Positions 29,301-39,353 of a DNA stretch of 64,000 bases are shown piece after piece. Position 1 is the first letter of the stretch, and the number at the start of each line of letters is the position of its first letter. The position numbers and the translations under genes are program-made. The notes beneath the pieces were generated by a model that saw only the letters and a list, made by a program, of their open reading frames with translations, made no database searches and had not been told where the DNA came from. The DNA is from Styela clava (Eukaryota). The stretch spans positions 9,796,001 through 9,860,000 of the forward strand of contig NC_135260.1 in assembly GCF_964204865.1 (NCBI RefSeq), given 5' to 3'.

Positions 29301-32300
29301 GGAGTGAATTCAGTGACATGAAATTGTCATAGCTGGTATGTAGTATATTTCATTGTAATTCCTTAATTGCAGGTAAAACTGAAAAAGACTCGCTCCAAAC
29401 AAGATCGTCATGATCGAGAATTCCTTGAACGTTTGGAACAAGTTCAGTTGGCTGAGGAGTAAGTCGATCTTGATTCAAGTCACATTTTTATAAAGACTCA
29501 ACTTGAAGGATATTGAATTTTTTCAAAAGTGACTCGAGTCACTTTGCTGAAACTATGGAAATCAACTTGACCCATTTTATGATACTTCTTATAGTGCCTT
29601 GGTTGAATAACTATCCTCAGGACTTTAGACTGAATACTTAAAACTGGTGAACTGACTCAAATTTCATAATGATTCCTAAGACTTAGTCAGCTGATTGCTT
29701 ACCATTAATTATGTCTGAGACATAGCCATTAGGGCTGGGCATTTCGAATCGAATATTCGAATCGAATCGAATAGTAAATTATTCGAATCGGTTCAGAGCT
29801 AAATTTCGAATCGCCGCCATCTTGTTTTTATCTTTCCGCTAATGGTCGAGGTGAATTCCCCAATTTTTTTCTCATTGGAGTCATATTTTTTCAACGAAAT
29901 TCTAACATATGACTATTTTCTGTAGTGAGTTATTGATAAAACGTGTTTGTTATTCTGTGTGAACGCTCAGTAATCTATCTGGGTGATTTATTCTATGTCT
30001 TCAGTAATTCATTTGTTGAGAGGACCAATTACTATAATAAAGTCGCTTACAGTTATATATTTTCAAGTATTCGAGATTCGATTCGAAAAAAATTATTCGA
30101 TTCGATTCTGAAATCACAAGGTATTCGAAAATGCCCAGCCCTAATAGCCATTGCTGACTTGGTCGCAATCACAATTCAAACATGCTTCTCTTTTGCAGCC
30201 TCTCAGCACAAAGGGAAGAATATTTGCGAAACAAAGCTGAACAGATCGCACAATATCAACGAGCTCTCTCAGCACAGGTGAGAAAATGAATATGTAGATG
30301 TAAAAGCAGGGAATACTCATATTGATTATTTATAATAATTTCAATCTGAGCAAAATGTGATGCAAGATATTGGTTACATTCTGATTTGCCATAAGCCACA
30401 CAACTTATTACACCATGGGGGTAATACTTGGCTGAATTATACTTCGACTTGGGCAACTGACATAGTTTAAGCTAGCGTTTCACTACAGGGAGGAACTCTT
30501 CCCCGGGAAGTAATTTTGTTGTTTCGGGCAAGATATACACAAGCATTATCTTGTATTCGATACATGTTCATGGAAATATTACACCTAGCTAAGATACTGA
30601 AGACTGAATTAATAACAGAAGCAGAGTTTGTATTCATAATGAGAGAGGGATAGAGAGATTTAAAATAGGCAGAGGGGAAAATATCAAGTAAGGTTAGGAA
30701 ACACGGGTTTAATTTAACATTGTAAGCACTAGGCGACAGCTCTTACCAAGTTGTTGGTATAAAAGGGTGTTTGCGATATATAGAAAAGTTAAGTTAGAAT
30801 ATGATTATTATAGTTCATGTATAGCTCAACCATATGGTGCTTGTTTGGTAACCAGTCAGATAGGTTTTACCAGCCAGCCATTCAGGTATGATTGACATTT
30901 ATAGATGTTCTTAATATGCAATGATGAGTTGTTGAGTTTCACATATTTTGGTTAAAATCAGTGTTGAAGAAAACGTATCTGGGGATGTATATAAATACCA
31001 ATTGTTCTATCTTCTTGTCATTGTCAGTACATCCTTTACCAATCCTAGATAAAAGTGAGAAAGAAGCATTTTAAGATACAGGGAAGAAGTCGTTCAAGGC
31101 GCCATCTCAGTGTACCAAGACCTCAGATTCTAAATCCATTCAAAGCAGAAAAGGAGGAAAATCAAAGAGGAGACAAGGTTGAGCAATATAAAACTAGTTT
31201 ATTTTTTACTATAGAGAGGCTCTGAAGATATGAGATTCTCGTGAGCACAGGATTAGGTGGAGTAAATAGCTTATCATTGAAGGTGCCATTGGGAAGATAC
31301 AGTTAGTGAACAACAAAAAGAGTTCAGTAACGACCGTGATTGAAGTTCATCAACATGATGACACATCAAACTTCATCAACATTGTATCCACTGAGACTAT
31401 GATCCGATTCAATGCATAATACCAATCCATTCTCGTCAGTGTTTGAAATATTTAACCTATAAATAAGCTGATACGATTCACATATTTATCCCGGGGGGAG
31501 GAAAACCAATAATACTGCTTAATCATATGGCGAACCATGGCCTCTTGTCCAGTATGGGATTAGTTAGCCAGTTATTTGTTTCACATGCATGAACTTGATG
31601 GTGGAGGACGTCATAAGAAGCACCCTACGGCGACGAGAAGTCCAGCAATCTTCTCGCACATAGTTATTCCTCCTCAGGATTCAAACCTGAGTAAGGTAAT
31701 CAGAGCTGTGGTGGGGAGCTTATTCCCAACGCTTTGCACAGTGCCACACCTTTGAACTGTGCAATGTCTAATTTATCATCGTTCAGGTGCGAAGCAAACC
31801 ATTACCAATGCCAAAAGCAGAACCAGATTCGAAAGATCCTATTTTTGGAAAATTTGATTCGACTAATGAGAAACTTCTAGAGCAAAGAGAAAGAGCAAGA
31901 GCCCTTTACAAGTATATAAAAATACTGATTGTTTTAATTAAGCCTTCAATTTTTGTTGTAGCAAAACTAACCTCTTCTCATTGTTCATAACATCTGAAAC
32001 TATTGCATTTAACTTCGGATTCTGTCTTGTGTATTAAATTACGGCCATATAAGTTTTAGTGACATAGTATGCCGTGATATATCAAATCAATTGCGAAAAG
32101 TTGGGAATTGTCATTATTTCTTATTGAATAGGGCACCCGATAGTTGAAAGTAAATACCCGATGTAAAACACGGAGTATACAATATTATTTTTAATCAATT
32201 TACATTCCATATGCATGAATGTTAGTAATTTTATGCTAATATTTCCCCCAATATATATTCAAATCTGTGAGCGTTATAGAATGGTACCGATTATACAGTG

Positions 32301-34121
32301 GACGTGAGACTTCACTGTTAAAGCGTTAGACTTCACTGTGTAGACATCGACAGTTACACATCTCAGTCCCACCACCTCACCCAGAGTGTAATAAATTTGG
32401 TAGTCAATAACGAACTTGAAAGATTCCGCTCCTTTTAAGAATATGATTGCTGGCACATGCCTTGTTTAGAGCAAGAGTGGTTTAGCGTCATATAAAACAA
32501 GCTCACTATTTCTCGATGAATCATATCAAGTAGTTCTGTCTTTTGATTGTTATTCACTTTTTGTAGGAACCAACTGAACATGGTTGCTGATAAGAAAAAG
32601 GAATCCATTCTTCATCATTTGACCAAACAGAAAGAAGAGATTGAAATGTTGAAACGCACAAGACAAGAGTATGTCAATTAAAATATTTAAAAATGTTAGC
32701 CATAAACCACTGATTTAAAATGATAAAATTCGCATGTGGGTTGAGAAATGCCGCTAAATAAAGTTGACCAATAAGCAAGCAATTCAAATTTTGAGATGAT
32801 CACTCACAGATTTTACAGAGTGTAACTTGGATAGGTTTCAATTGTAATGTTTATTTCTATCTATTGAAACTCTTGCAATTCAATGAACTTGAAAGTATTT
32901 CAAAGAGACTTGTGCTCCGTCTTTATACAGACTCTACTAATTGTGAACATGACGAGGTCATGGCAACAGAACGCTGTATTTAATTAGTATGAAAGTTATT
33001 CCAGGATTTTTACGTGTAAATTTTGGGCGAATCGAAAAATGTGACTAAGTGAATGATATCAAAAACAACCTCAATTTGTGTTTAAAGTGTCACAAATTGT
33101 GTATCTTTTCTTTCCATATCAAGGCTGTAATAGGCAGAGAAATTGATTCCGGACTTTAAAATAATGAAAATACATTTTTAGGCTTATTGAAGATCGTATA
33201 AATGCTCATAACCGAGCATATGAGATGCGTCATTCCTTGGAAGACAACTGGAAAGATCATACTCGTAGCAAGCACAACAGAGAACATGAAGAAAAACAGA
33301 GAATGAGAACACCAGGAATGCTTCTTCTTCAACAAACTGAGAAATATGAGTGAGTTTTATTTTTAGCTTTTGCCGTTTGCTTAGTATAGAAAGTGAAAAC
33401 ATCACCTGATTCTGGGTCACATCAAACACGACATTACAATTTGTCCTCAAATCAGCGAATAAAGCGGGTAAAACTAGGAGACACATAAGAAATTAGAAAA
33501 ATATATAATGTACTTCTAGGAAATAATTAAATCTTTAACGACTTAAACTCTGAAAACTTTTACGGTAGTTTAGTATTTAGGGAGTAAAGCAAGCTCTTTC
33601 AACCATCAACCTAATCTGAGTCTGTGGGGCCAAAAGTTTGGCATATCTTCACTGGAGTCAAAATTTCAAATCGAAATACTTACAATGGTGATAATATAAG
33701 TCAAAATTTTAAGTCGAATTTACTAAGCGTTCTTAACACTCTATTTAAGTAGGCTTGCATACAATGTTTTTGTTATCAGAATTTGATTTTCTTGGAGTTC
33801 GGAGCTGGAGTCAAAATATTTACGACCTCCGGAGTCGATTGTAAATTTTCTTTTACGGCACTGACAGGATCACCCATGACATGATCCTGCACAGGCGATA
33901 CACTAATTTGTTGTACAAGATGACCCAGTAAAAACGGGACCCATAGAATATGTCCAAATGACCCGGCGAGGGGTTCACCCTATAAAAAAAATTTTGTGCT
34001 TCATTGTCACAATCTATTTTTCAGTCGATGCGGCCAATGTGAGAGACGTGTTACAAACTGCGGAGAATCAAACATATGGAGCGAATCTCGTTACATTCCT
34101 GGTTCAAGACTGATGGTTTAA
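14323..34121 (+). CDS. CCDC81: Coiled-coil domain-containing protein 81 (N-terminal HU-like domains), 18 coding exons
   Basis: Exons 14323-14401, 15287-15505, 16384-16481, 17200-17358, 19292-19380, 20265-20335, 22527-22668, 24955-25088, 26548-26662, 27285-27441, 28193-28300, 28541-28624, 29373-29458, 30199-30277, 31787-31911, 32567-32668, 33182-33349, 34025-34121, all in phase. Signature peptides KGVHIANLGTFTF...QRPVFVLSEKF, AGQELCYLCMQRA and RCGQCERR...NIWSESRYIPGSRLMV. Confidence 0.92.
14935..15110 (-). mobile_element. tRNA-derived SINE family D (related copies about 18345-18490 on - and 24750-24930 on +)
   Basis: B-box-like GGTTCAATTCC/GGTTCAAACCC followed by a shared body in three diverged copies. 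Confidence 0.5.
15720..15955. mobile_element. Palindromic MITE family B (GG...CC termini, 8-bp TSD)
   Basis: Long TIRs (ggtactcccgtagtatgtgaaccaagat... / ...atcttggttcacatactacgggagcgcc); TSD GAATTTTT at 15712-15719 and 15956-15963. Confidence 0.85.
16597..16897 (+). mobile_element. tRNA-derived SINE family C
   Basis: A-box-like TGGC and B-box GGTTCAAGTCC; body shared with the copies at 26.9-31.8 kb and 51.5 kb; ATCCT tail. Confidence 0.6.
18574..18858. mobile_element. hAT (Charlie-like) MITE
   Basis: TIRs CAATGGTCGGCAAA / TTTGCCGACCACTG; 8-bp TSD CTTTAAAC on both sides. Confidence 0.85.
19733..19978. mobile_element. Degenerate hAT-like MITE
   Basis: TIR GGGTGTGCAA / TTGCACACCC with TGGCCC subterminal motifs; no clean TSD. 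Confidence 0.55.
22685..22875. mobile_element. MITE family B copy
   Basis: ggtactccc...gtaccaggttagggttaggccataatt...ggagcgcc, matching 15720-15955. Confidence 0.7.
24509..24618. mobile_element. Short MITE family B variant
   Basis: TIR gtgcaccaagatggc / gccatcttggtgcac; 8-bp TSD TGTCTTTC at 24501-24508 and 24619-24626. Confidence 0.8.
25144..25396 (+). mobile_element. Helentron-associated (HINE/DINE-1-like) non-autonomous element
   Basis: Subterminal inverted repeats acttatcgatcttagatcggtaa / ttaccgatcttaagatcgataagt; internal (ACAG/AC)n microsatellite; no TSD; T-rich insertion site. Confidence 0.6.
26951..27192 (-). mobile_element. SINE family C copy (further fragments 26667-26760, 27935-28145, 29010-29160)
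   Basis: Shared blocks acatatttatccc, cttaatcatatgg, tagccagttatttg and taatcagaggtg. Confidence 0.7.
28691..28892. mobile_element. MITE family B copy
   Basis: TIR gaaccaagatggcggaca / tgtccgccatcttggttc; near-perfect TSD CAAAAAAA / CAAAAAAC. Confidence 0.8.
29730..30143. mobile_element. hAT MITE with TCGAA subterminal repeats
   Basis: TIR TAGGGCTGGGCATTT / AAATGCCCAGCCCTA; 8-bp TSD ATAGCCAT at 29722-29729 and 30144-30151. Confidence 0.88.
31470..31750 (-). mobile_element. Near full-length SINE family C copy
   Basis: The minus strand begins GGTGTGGCAC...GGTTTGAATCC (A/B boxes), followed by the shared body. Confidence 0.7.
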
Positions 34122-34590
34122 ATAAATTTAAAAAAAAGATACTAGCACTTAAATGTTGATATGTTTGCCTTTATAATTCTTATTTTTTAAAAAACGAATA
34201 GTGTCAAATATTTTTGTAGTGTTTGTCTCTGCCATTATGCACTGTCCACTATATATTGTTTGTTGTATTGTCCCTAGCATAGCTTTTTATGTTGAAAGCT
34301 GATCGCCATCACAGATTACCTAACACAGCTAATTTTAGCACTGCTAGATTTTATATAAGCGAATGGCATTTTTGTGTTGCGTTGTTGTCCTATTTCTCAT
34401 AAAACTGCATCTCATTTTATGTAGGCTGTGCTTTATCCTGTCATGTAAACGTAAATAGACTACTGTGGCACGCTGGATCGTATTTCGGCATTTCTCTAGT
34501 TCAATGTTTTAATTTATATAGGCGAGTGTTTTTCACATTTGCCAAGTTATTTACTAAGGATTAATTAAAGCTTGCGATTACTACTGTTGC

Positions 34591-34626
34591 AAAATAAAAT
34601 GTACAATTTTATTTTTCGATTTTATT
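34591..34626. terminator. Candidate bidirectional polyadenylation signal between convergent CCDC81 and XPO5
   Basis: AATAAA on + at 34593-34598 and on - at 34613-34608 and 34626-34621, forming the inverted repeat AAAATAAAAT-gtaca-ATTTTATTTT. Confidence 0.45.
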
Positions 34627-35668
34627 GAGAAAAGGGCAGACGGGAAATAAAAAGGAACAAAATCACCACATAGTCCTTCCTCCGAGACAAATCATGGTTT
34701 TACGAGGGCTTCAACCCAAAACGGCAAAAAAAAATTCAAATCCAACTCCCATAATTTTTTTTTGAAATACTGGTAGAGCACATATTTCATTGTAATATTT
34801 TCAAATAAAGACGTTTTTGGATATTTCAACATTCGCCATTGACTTAAAACCCTCAAAATAATTCCTATAAATATAAACCAATCAATCTCAAAGATAATGG
34901 CTGTTGAATTCAAGAGGATGTAAGATATTGCAGCCAGTAGACACACTGCGCCAGGGAATTCATCAGGAAAATAAATACCTCATTTATAATGTGGATGTAC
35001 CTTTTATAAAATTTGTGACATGGTGAGTAATAACAGGATTCACCCTTGGTTCTAATTTGGTATAGTATGTCCTTTAATTTTTAGGGCTTAAACTTCAATA
35101 TTCACACCTGGAGATTTAATCATATGGCAGACCATGGCCTATCATGCGTTCATCAATTTAAGTCTGGTATTGGAATTAACCAATCAATTGCTCAATATGT
35201 ACGGAAAGAATACATACATACTTAACTACATTTTGACAAATGATAACCACAACACACAAAAGCTAACAAGGAATTCATATCACCAAGAAATGCCACATTA
35301 CATTATGAAAAACCATATAAATGCAATGTATGCTATAATTGTTCATTTGAAATCAGTTCTCGAAAAGGATATCCAAAGAATTTAGTTGGAAATTGGTAAA
35401 TCAGAATGTATTTACAAATAAAATGGGTTGTAAAATAGGGAGGGTATTCTCGTCTGCAAACGAATGTTTTTGGCATGGATGCTCATATAATTCATGTAGT
35501 CTTTCAGTTTCAGAAAATTTGCCATATTTTAGCGGAAGCAAGAACTTCTGTCAATATTTTGAAAAAGAAAAATTTAATAACATGATTTTGCTGGAAAATA
35601 GCTTAATTTAGATGATTCTTAATCAAAAAACAGAATTGCAGAATTATCATATGCAGATCTCATATACT

Positions 35669-38600
35669 TCATCTTCCATCTGGTTTGAAGAAAAATTCCA
35701 AGCCCAAACTCTCAATTTCATCAATATTTAGTGACTTTGCCTTTTTTCCAACAAAAAATCGTGGAAGAACTCTCATTTCTTGTTTTGATTTGAATCGCTG
35801 GCCAATATGCTGATCGACAATTTTGATCATAAGCTTCTTAAATGTAACTTTCCGTTTCTTCTCTGCATACTTTGTATACCCCTGGTCAAACGTTGCTAGG
35901 GCTTTTTTGTCCAGAACAGGAATACCTTGAAGTATAGTTAACAAAGAATTATGTGTGGGCCGTAGAGCTACATATACATAAAGGCTTAAGGCTAGCAATT
36001 GAGCTTGACAACCATCATGCTGTCCTTGACGTTGTAGGCCAAGAAGTACAGACTCAAATATAAATTTAGCAGCATCATCAGGCACTTCTTTCGTCTCAGT
36101 GAATGTATGTTTCAAAAGCCCCCATAAAAGATGAACGCCCTTATAAGCAGTTGCTGTGTCGTGCCAAGATATGGACATCAAACCAGTTGTTAGAAGCAAT
36201 TCAGCTATTTCGGTATGCATTAAAGATATTCCAATGGATGTAAGTTGACTTAAATTTGTTGTATTTTGTGTAATATTATTATCTTCTTGCATTTCGGTAT
36301 CAATGTTAGCGTCATTTTCCTCTTCTTTGGTATTTGATTTAGAATTTGGTTTCTTGTTGATGCACAAATTCACTAAAAGTTCAAGATATTCACGAGAAAC
36401 GATTCGTAAAAGCTGTTCCTTCAAGATTTCATCTTCTTCTTTTGTATCTTCATATTCTTGGCATTTATCAGACATAGACTCAATCACTTTTAGTCTTTCT
36501 TGTTCTTTGGTTCCATATTCCGTCCATTGGCACTGAAGCATTGAATTCATGAAATTGCAATATTTGTGAAGAATAGGTGCAACTACCTGATTAAGGTGTG
36601 ATTCAGGACACGATTTCATGAAATAATATAAGAACTGCCTTGTAAAAGAACGGATTCTTAATTCAGGCAATGTTTGAAAATCAGAAAATGATTTGGCTAA
36701 TATTTCCGGGAACAGATCAGCACTGCCATAGAATAGAACATTACAGCATTTTCCAACAGCGCCTAATATTTGATAACAATTTTCTAATACTATCAAAATA
36801 AATGTTTGCATCTTTTCCCAGGGTTCTTTTTCACGATTTTCATTTGGATCTTTAGTAATAGGATTAAATGAAACCATGGTCTTCCTTTCAGTCTCTCTGA
36901 TTAATAGACTTTTTGAATAATCGCTATGTACAATAGATTTTATACCAGCTGTCCAAAGTCCATGAAACATTTGCACTAAACTTGCAATATTGCCCATAAC
37001 TCCAATAACATGGGAAGCACAAGGGTGTAATACAACACCATTTTCATTCAAAAACCCACCGTTAGAAAGCGCTTTTGCATCCTCTGGAATTCGAGATCTG
37101 TTGATCATAGCCAGAGTGAGAGAAACACAGAAGCTAATATTGTTACGAAAATTACTAAATTGTTCATCTCTGTATTGTGATGAAGGTGAACTAAGTCCGA
37201 TAGCGGCAGCAAATTCAATTGGTGCAGTCATTCGAATATCATCCTTTGCAAGCCACATGTCATTTGCCAACGACATACCTTCTTGAATCAGAGCACTCTG
37301 TTGCTCAAACATGTTCCATTCACCACTAACAAGAACCATTGACTCATATACACATATTTTTTCCAAATGTGTGAGGCCATTTGGAATAGCAATTATTTCA
37401 CTCATTGCCTGTTGGAACTGTTCATATATTGTAATAACATGATCAGGATGATATTTACAAATATGTATTGTGGCAGACAGGCCATGTCGACGAAACTGAG
37501 ATACAACGGGTCCCCAGCGTTCAGGATGTGACATCGACATTTTTACCATAGCTGCATATTTGAAAACTATACTAATCAAAAATTTCTTTTTGTCATCAAA
37601 TATTTCTATGACTGGTAGAAAGCATCCTATAAGACTAATGAGGCATTGACAAAGGCATATATCTGTTATTTCACAGTTTATCAAATCCATAAGAAGGCTT
37701 TCCATTTTTGCAACTGGCATTGATTGAATCGTATCTTGCTTTTTTGAGAAAGTAATGGCAGTCTTCAAAACAATCTCGAGAATGTTTCTTATCGCATCCC
37801 ATCTGAGATAGGTAGGAGATTTTGATGTACATTGTTCTAATTTTGCACCATCTGAGCCCATTCCAGTTTCAATCGGCAAAGAGAGTTCGGCAGTCAAAGC
37901 TTCCAAAATAACATTGGCACAGTGGATGGGCATAACTCGTGTACAGCCACGAATAATTTGCAGAAGAGTGACACGATGGGAAAACACGAAAGCTTCAATT
38001 TCTTCATCATCATTGAAGTCTAACTGCGCAGGGAGAGACAAAGATGGAGCAACATCCTTTCTTATACCTTTAGCAGCCACTTCAAATAACTGTGGAACAT
38101 ATTTTACAAAAGTTTCATCCCTAGCTATACTACTGTTTTGCAGTAACTGATACCATGATCCACTTACTTCATAGGATAGAACAGGATTATCTTGACACAA
38201 AAAATCCATCAATAAGTCAAGGTATGCTGTATGAGAAGCTAAATTTGTAATTGTACTGTCTGATACTTCATCAGACCAGGATGAAACAATCTGCCCAGAA
38301 AGCAGTGAAAGAAAATTTCCCATTCGCTTGAGAAATAAATATTGTTCGTTTTCTTGTGAATGAGCAGCAGCATCGGTTATGGATGCTACTATAGTTTCTA
38401 TGTAAACTGGTGTTGAAAGGGTTAAGACATATTTTCTGTCTGATGCTTGTCCTTTGCGAAATACAGCCAATGCCAGGCACTCAACTGCCAATACTTGTAA
38501 TCCTCCTACATTTAGGAGTTTACAAAGTAGGCGAATGAGTAACCCTTCGTTTGCGAACACATGCTCCATATTAACCCATTCTAAATAACCCTGAAGTGTT

Positions 38601-39274
38601 TTTAAAGTGGATATTGATAAAGTTCTATACATGTCAAGTTCTTGCAGTTCCGTTGCATTAGCCTTTGTGTACAGTTGAATGTATATTGCTGAATTGCTTT
38701 CAAGTACGTCATAAAAAAATCTCATAATTTTTCCCATGCATAAGGAAAGACCATGTCGTATGTCTTGACTCCTATGGGAAGCTGACACAGTATGCAACAC
38801 TGCAACATCCTCTGCTATTCTGAGGAAAACCAGTTCAACTAGCTCGGTCTGAATTGGCCCAAGCTTCGCTAGATCAATTAAATCCTCAATCATGGATGGC
38901 CATTGTTGTGGCCATACATGCTTGATGATTTCAGCTAATGTATGAGCAATACCATCCTTTACATAGCTACTTTCATGCTGAAGACAGCTTTCCATTAAAA
39001 GCATAGCATTATTCTTAATTTGAATTTGTATTTCTTGACCAGTTTTTGTCCAACGGTTATGCACAAACTGTTGCATTAATTGCAAACCAAAGTGTTTAAT
39101 ATGGGGAGCAGCATCAGATTTAGACGCCAGAGCAAAACCAATTGAGCAAGCCATCTCGTTTTCTTTACATGCTTCACAAATACTATGAGCTGTCGCACGA
39201 TCGCCAGGTAGAGTATTCGGATTTAAAATGGCATCTACGGCGTTCACTATTTGTAGTAACATTTCGTCCTCCAT
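35669..39274 (-). CDS. XPO5: Exportin-5, single coding exon (about 1201 aa from the first ATG)
   Basis: Uninterrupted ORF with importin-beta N-terminal/Xpo1 motifs (KHFGLQL...HNRW, AEIIKHVWPQQWP, ELVFLRIAEDV) and the XPO5 C-terminus (LLGLQRQGQHDGCQAQLL). First ATG at 39274; the track's 39313 start is TTG. Confidence 0.93.
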   Translation of the reverse strand: MEDEMLLQIVNAVDAILNPNTLPGDRATAHSICEACKENEMACSIGFALASKSDAAPHIKHFGLQLMQQFVHNRWTKTGQEIQIQIKNNAMLLMESCLQHESSYVKDGIAHTLAEIIKHVWPQQWPSMIEDLIDLAKLGPIQTELVELVFLRIAEDVAVLHTVSASHRSQDIRHGLSLCMGKIMRFFYDVLESNSAIYIQLYTKANATELQELDMYRTLSISTLKTLQGYLEWVNMEHVFANEGLLIRLLCKLLNVGGLQVLAVECLALAVFRKGQASDRKYVLTLSTPVYIETIVASITDAAAHSQENEQYLFLKRMGNFLSLLSGQIVSSWSDEVSDSTITNLASHTAYLDLLMDFLCQDNPVLSYEVSGSWYQLLQNSSIARDETFVKYVPQLFEVAAKGIRKDVAPSLSLPAQLDFNDDEEIEAFVFSHRVTLLQIIRGCTRVMPIHCANVILEALTAELSLPIETGMGSDGAKLEQCTSKSPTYLRWDAIRNILEIVLKTAITFSKKQDTIQSMPVAKMESLLMDLINCEITDICLCQCLISLIGCFLPVIEIFDDKKKFLISIVFKYAAMVKMSMSHPERWGPVVSQFRRHGLSATIHICKYHPDHVITIYEQFQQAMSEIIAIPNGLTHLEKICVYESMVLVSGEWNMFEQQSALIQEGMSLANDMWLAKDDIRMTAPIEFAAAIGLSSPSSQYRDEQFSNFRNNISFCVSLTLAMINRSRIPEDAKALSNGGFLNENGVVLHPCASHVIGVMGNIASLVQMFHGLWTAGIKSIVHSDYSKSLLIRETERKTMVSFNPITKDPNENREKEPWEKMQTFILIVLENCYQILGAVGKCCNVLFYGSADLFPEILAKSFSDFQTLPELRIRSFTRQFLYYFMKSCPESHLNQVVAPILHKYCNFMNSMLQCQWTEYGTKEQERLKVIESMSDKCQEYEDTKEEDEILKEQLLRIVSREYLELLVNLCINKKPNSKSNTKEEENDANIDTEMQEDNNITQNTTNLSQLTSIGISLMHTEIAELLLTTGLMSISWHDTATAYKGVHLLWGLLKHTFTETKEVPDDAAKFIFESVLLGLQRQGQHDGCQAQLLALSLYVYVALRPTHNSLLTILQGIPVLDKKALATFDQGYTKYAEKKRKVTFKKLMIKIVDQHIGQRFKSKQEMRVLPRFFVGKKAKSLNIDEIESLGLEFFFKPDGR

Positions 39275-39353
39275 TTTTAGTTCATAAGAGTATGTAGCGT
39301 ACAAAAATGACAATTTTTTTAAATTATTTAAATAAGTGAGGTTAACTTAGTTA

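Noticed and set aside
30480-31430. Purine-rich coding-like stretch in CCDC81 intron 14
   Set aside because: No sustained frame, usable splice pair or recognisable motif; possibly an old repeat.
31660-31750. tRNA gene
   Set aside because: A/B-box-like motifs are attached to a dispersed repeat body and no cloverleaf is evident; this is a SINE head.
36303-38150. Plus-strand ORFs overlapping XPO5
   Set aside because: Antisense shadows of a long coding frame with no recognisable motifs.
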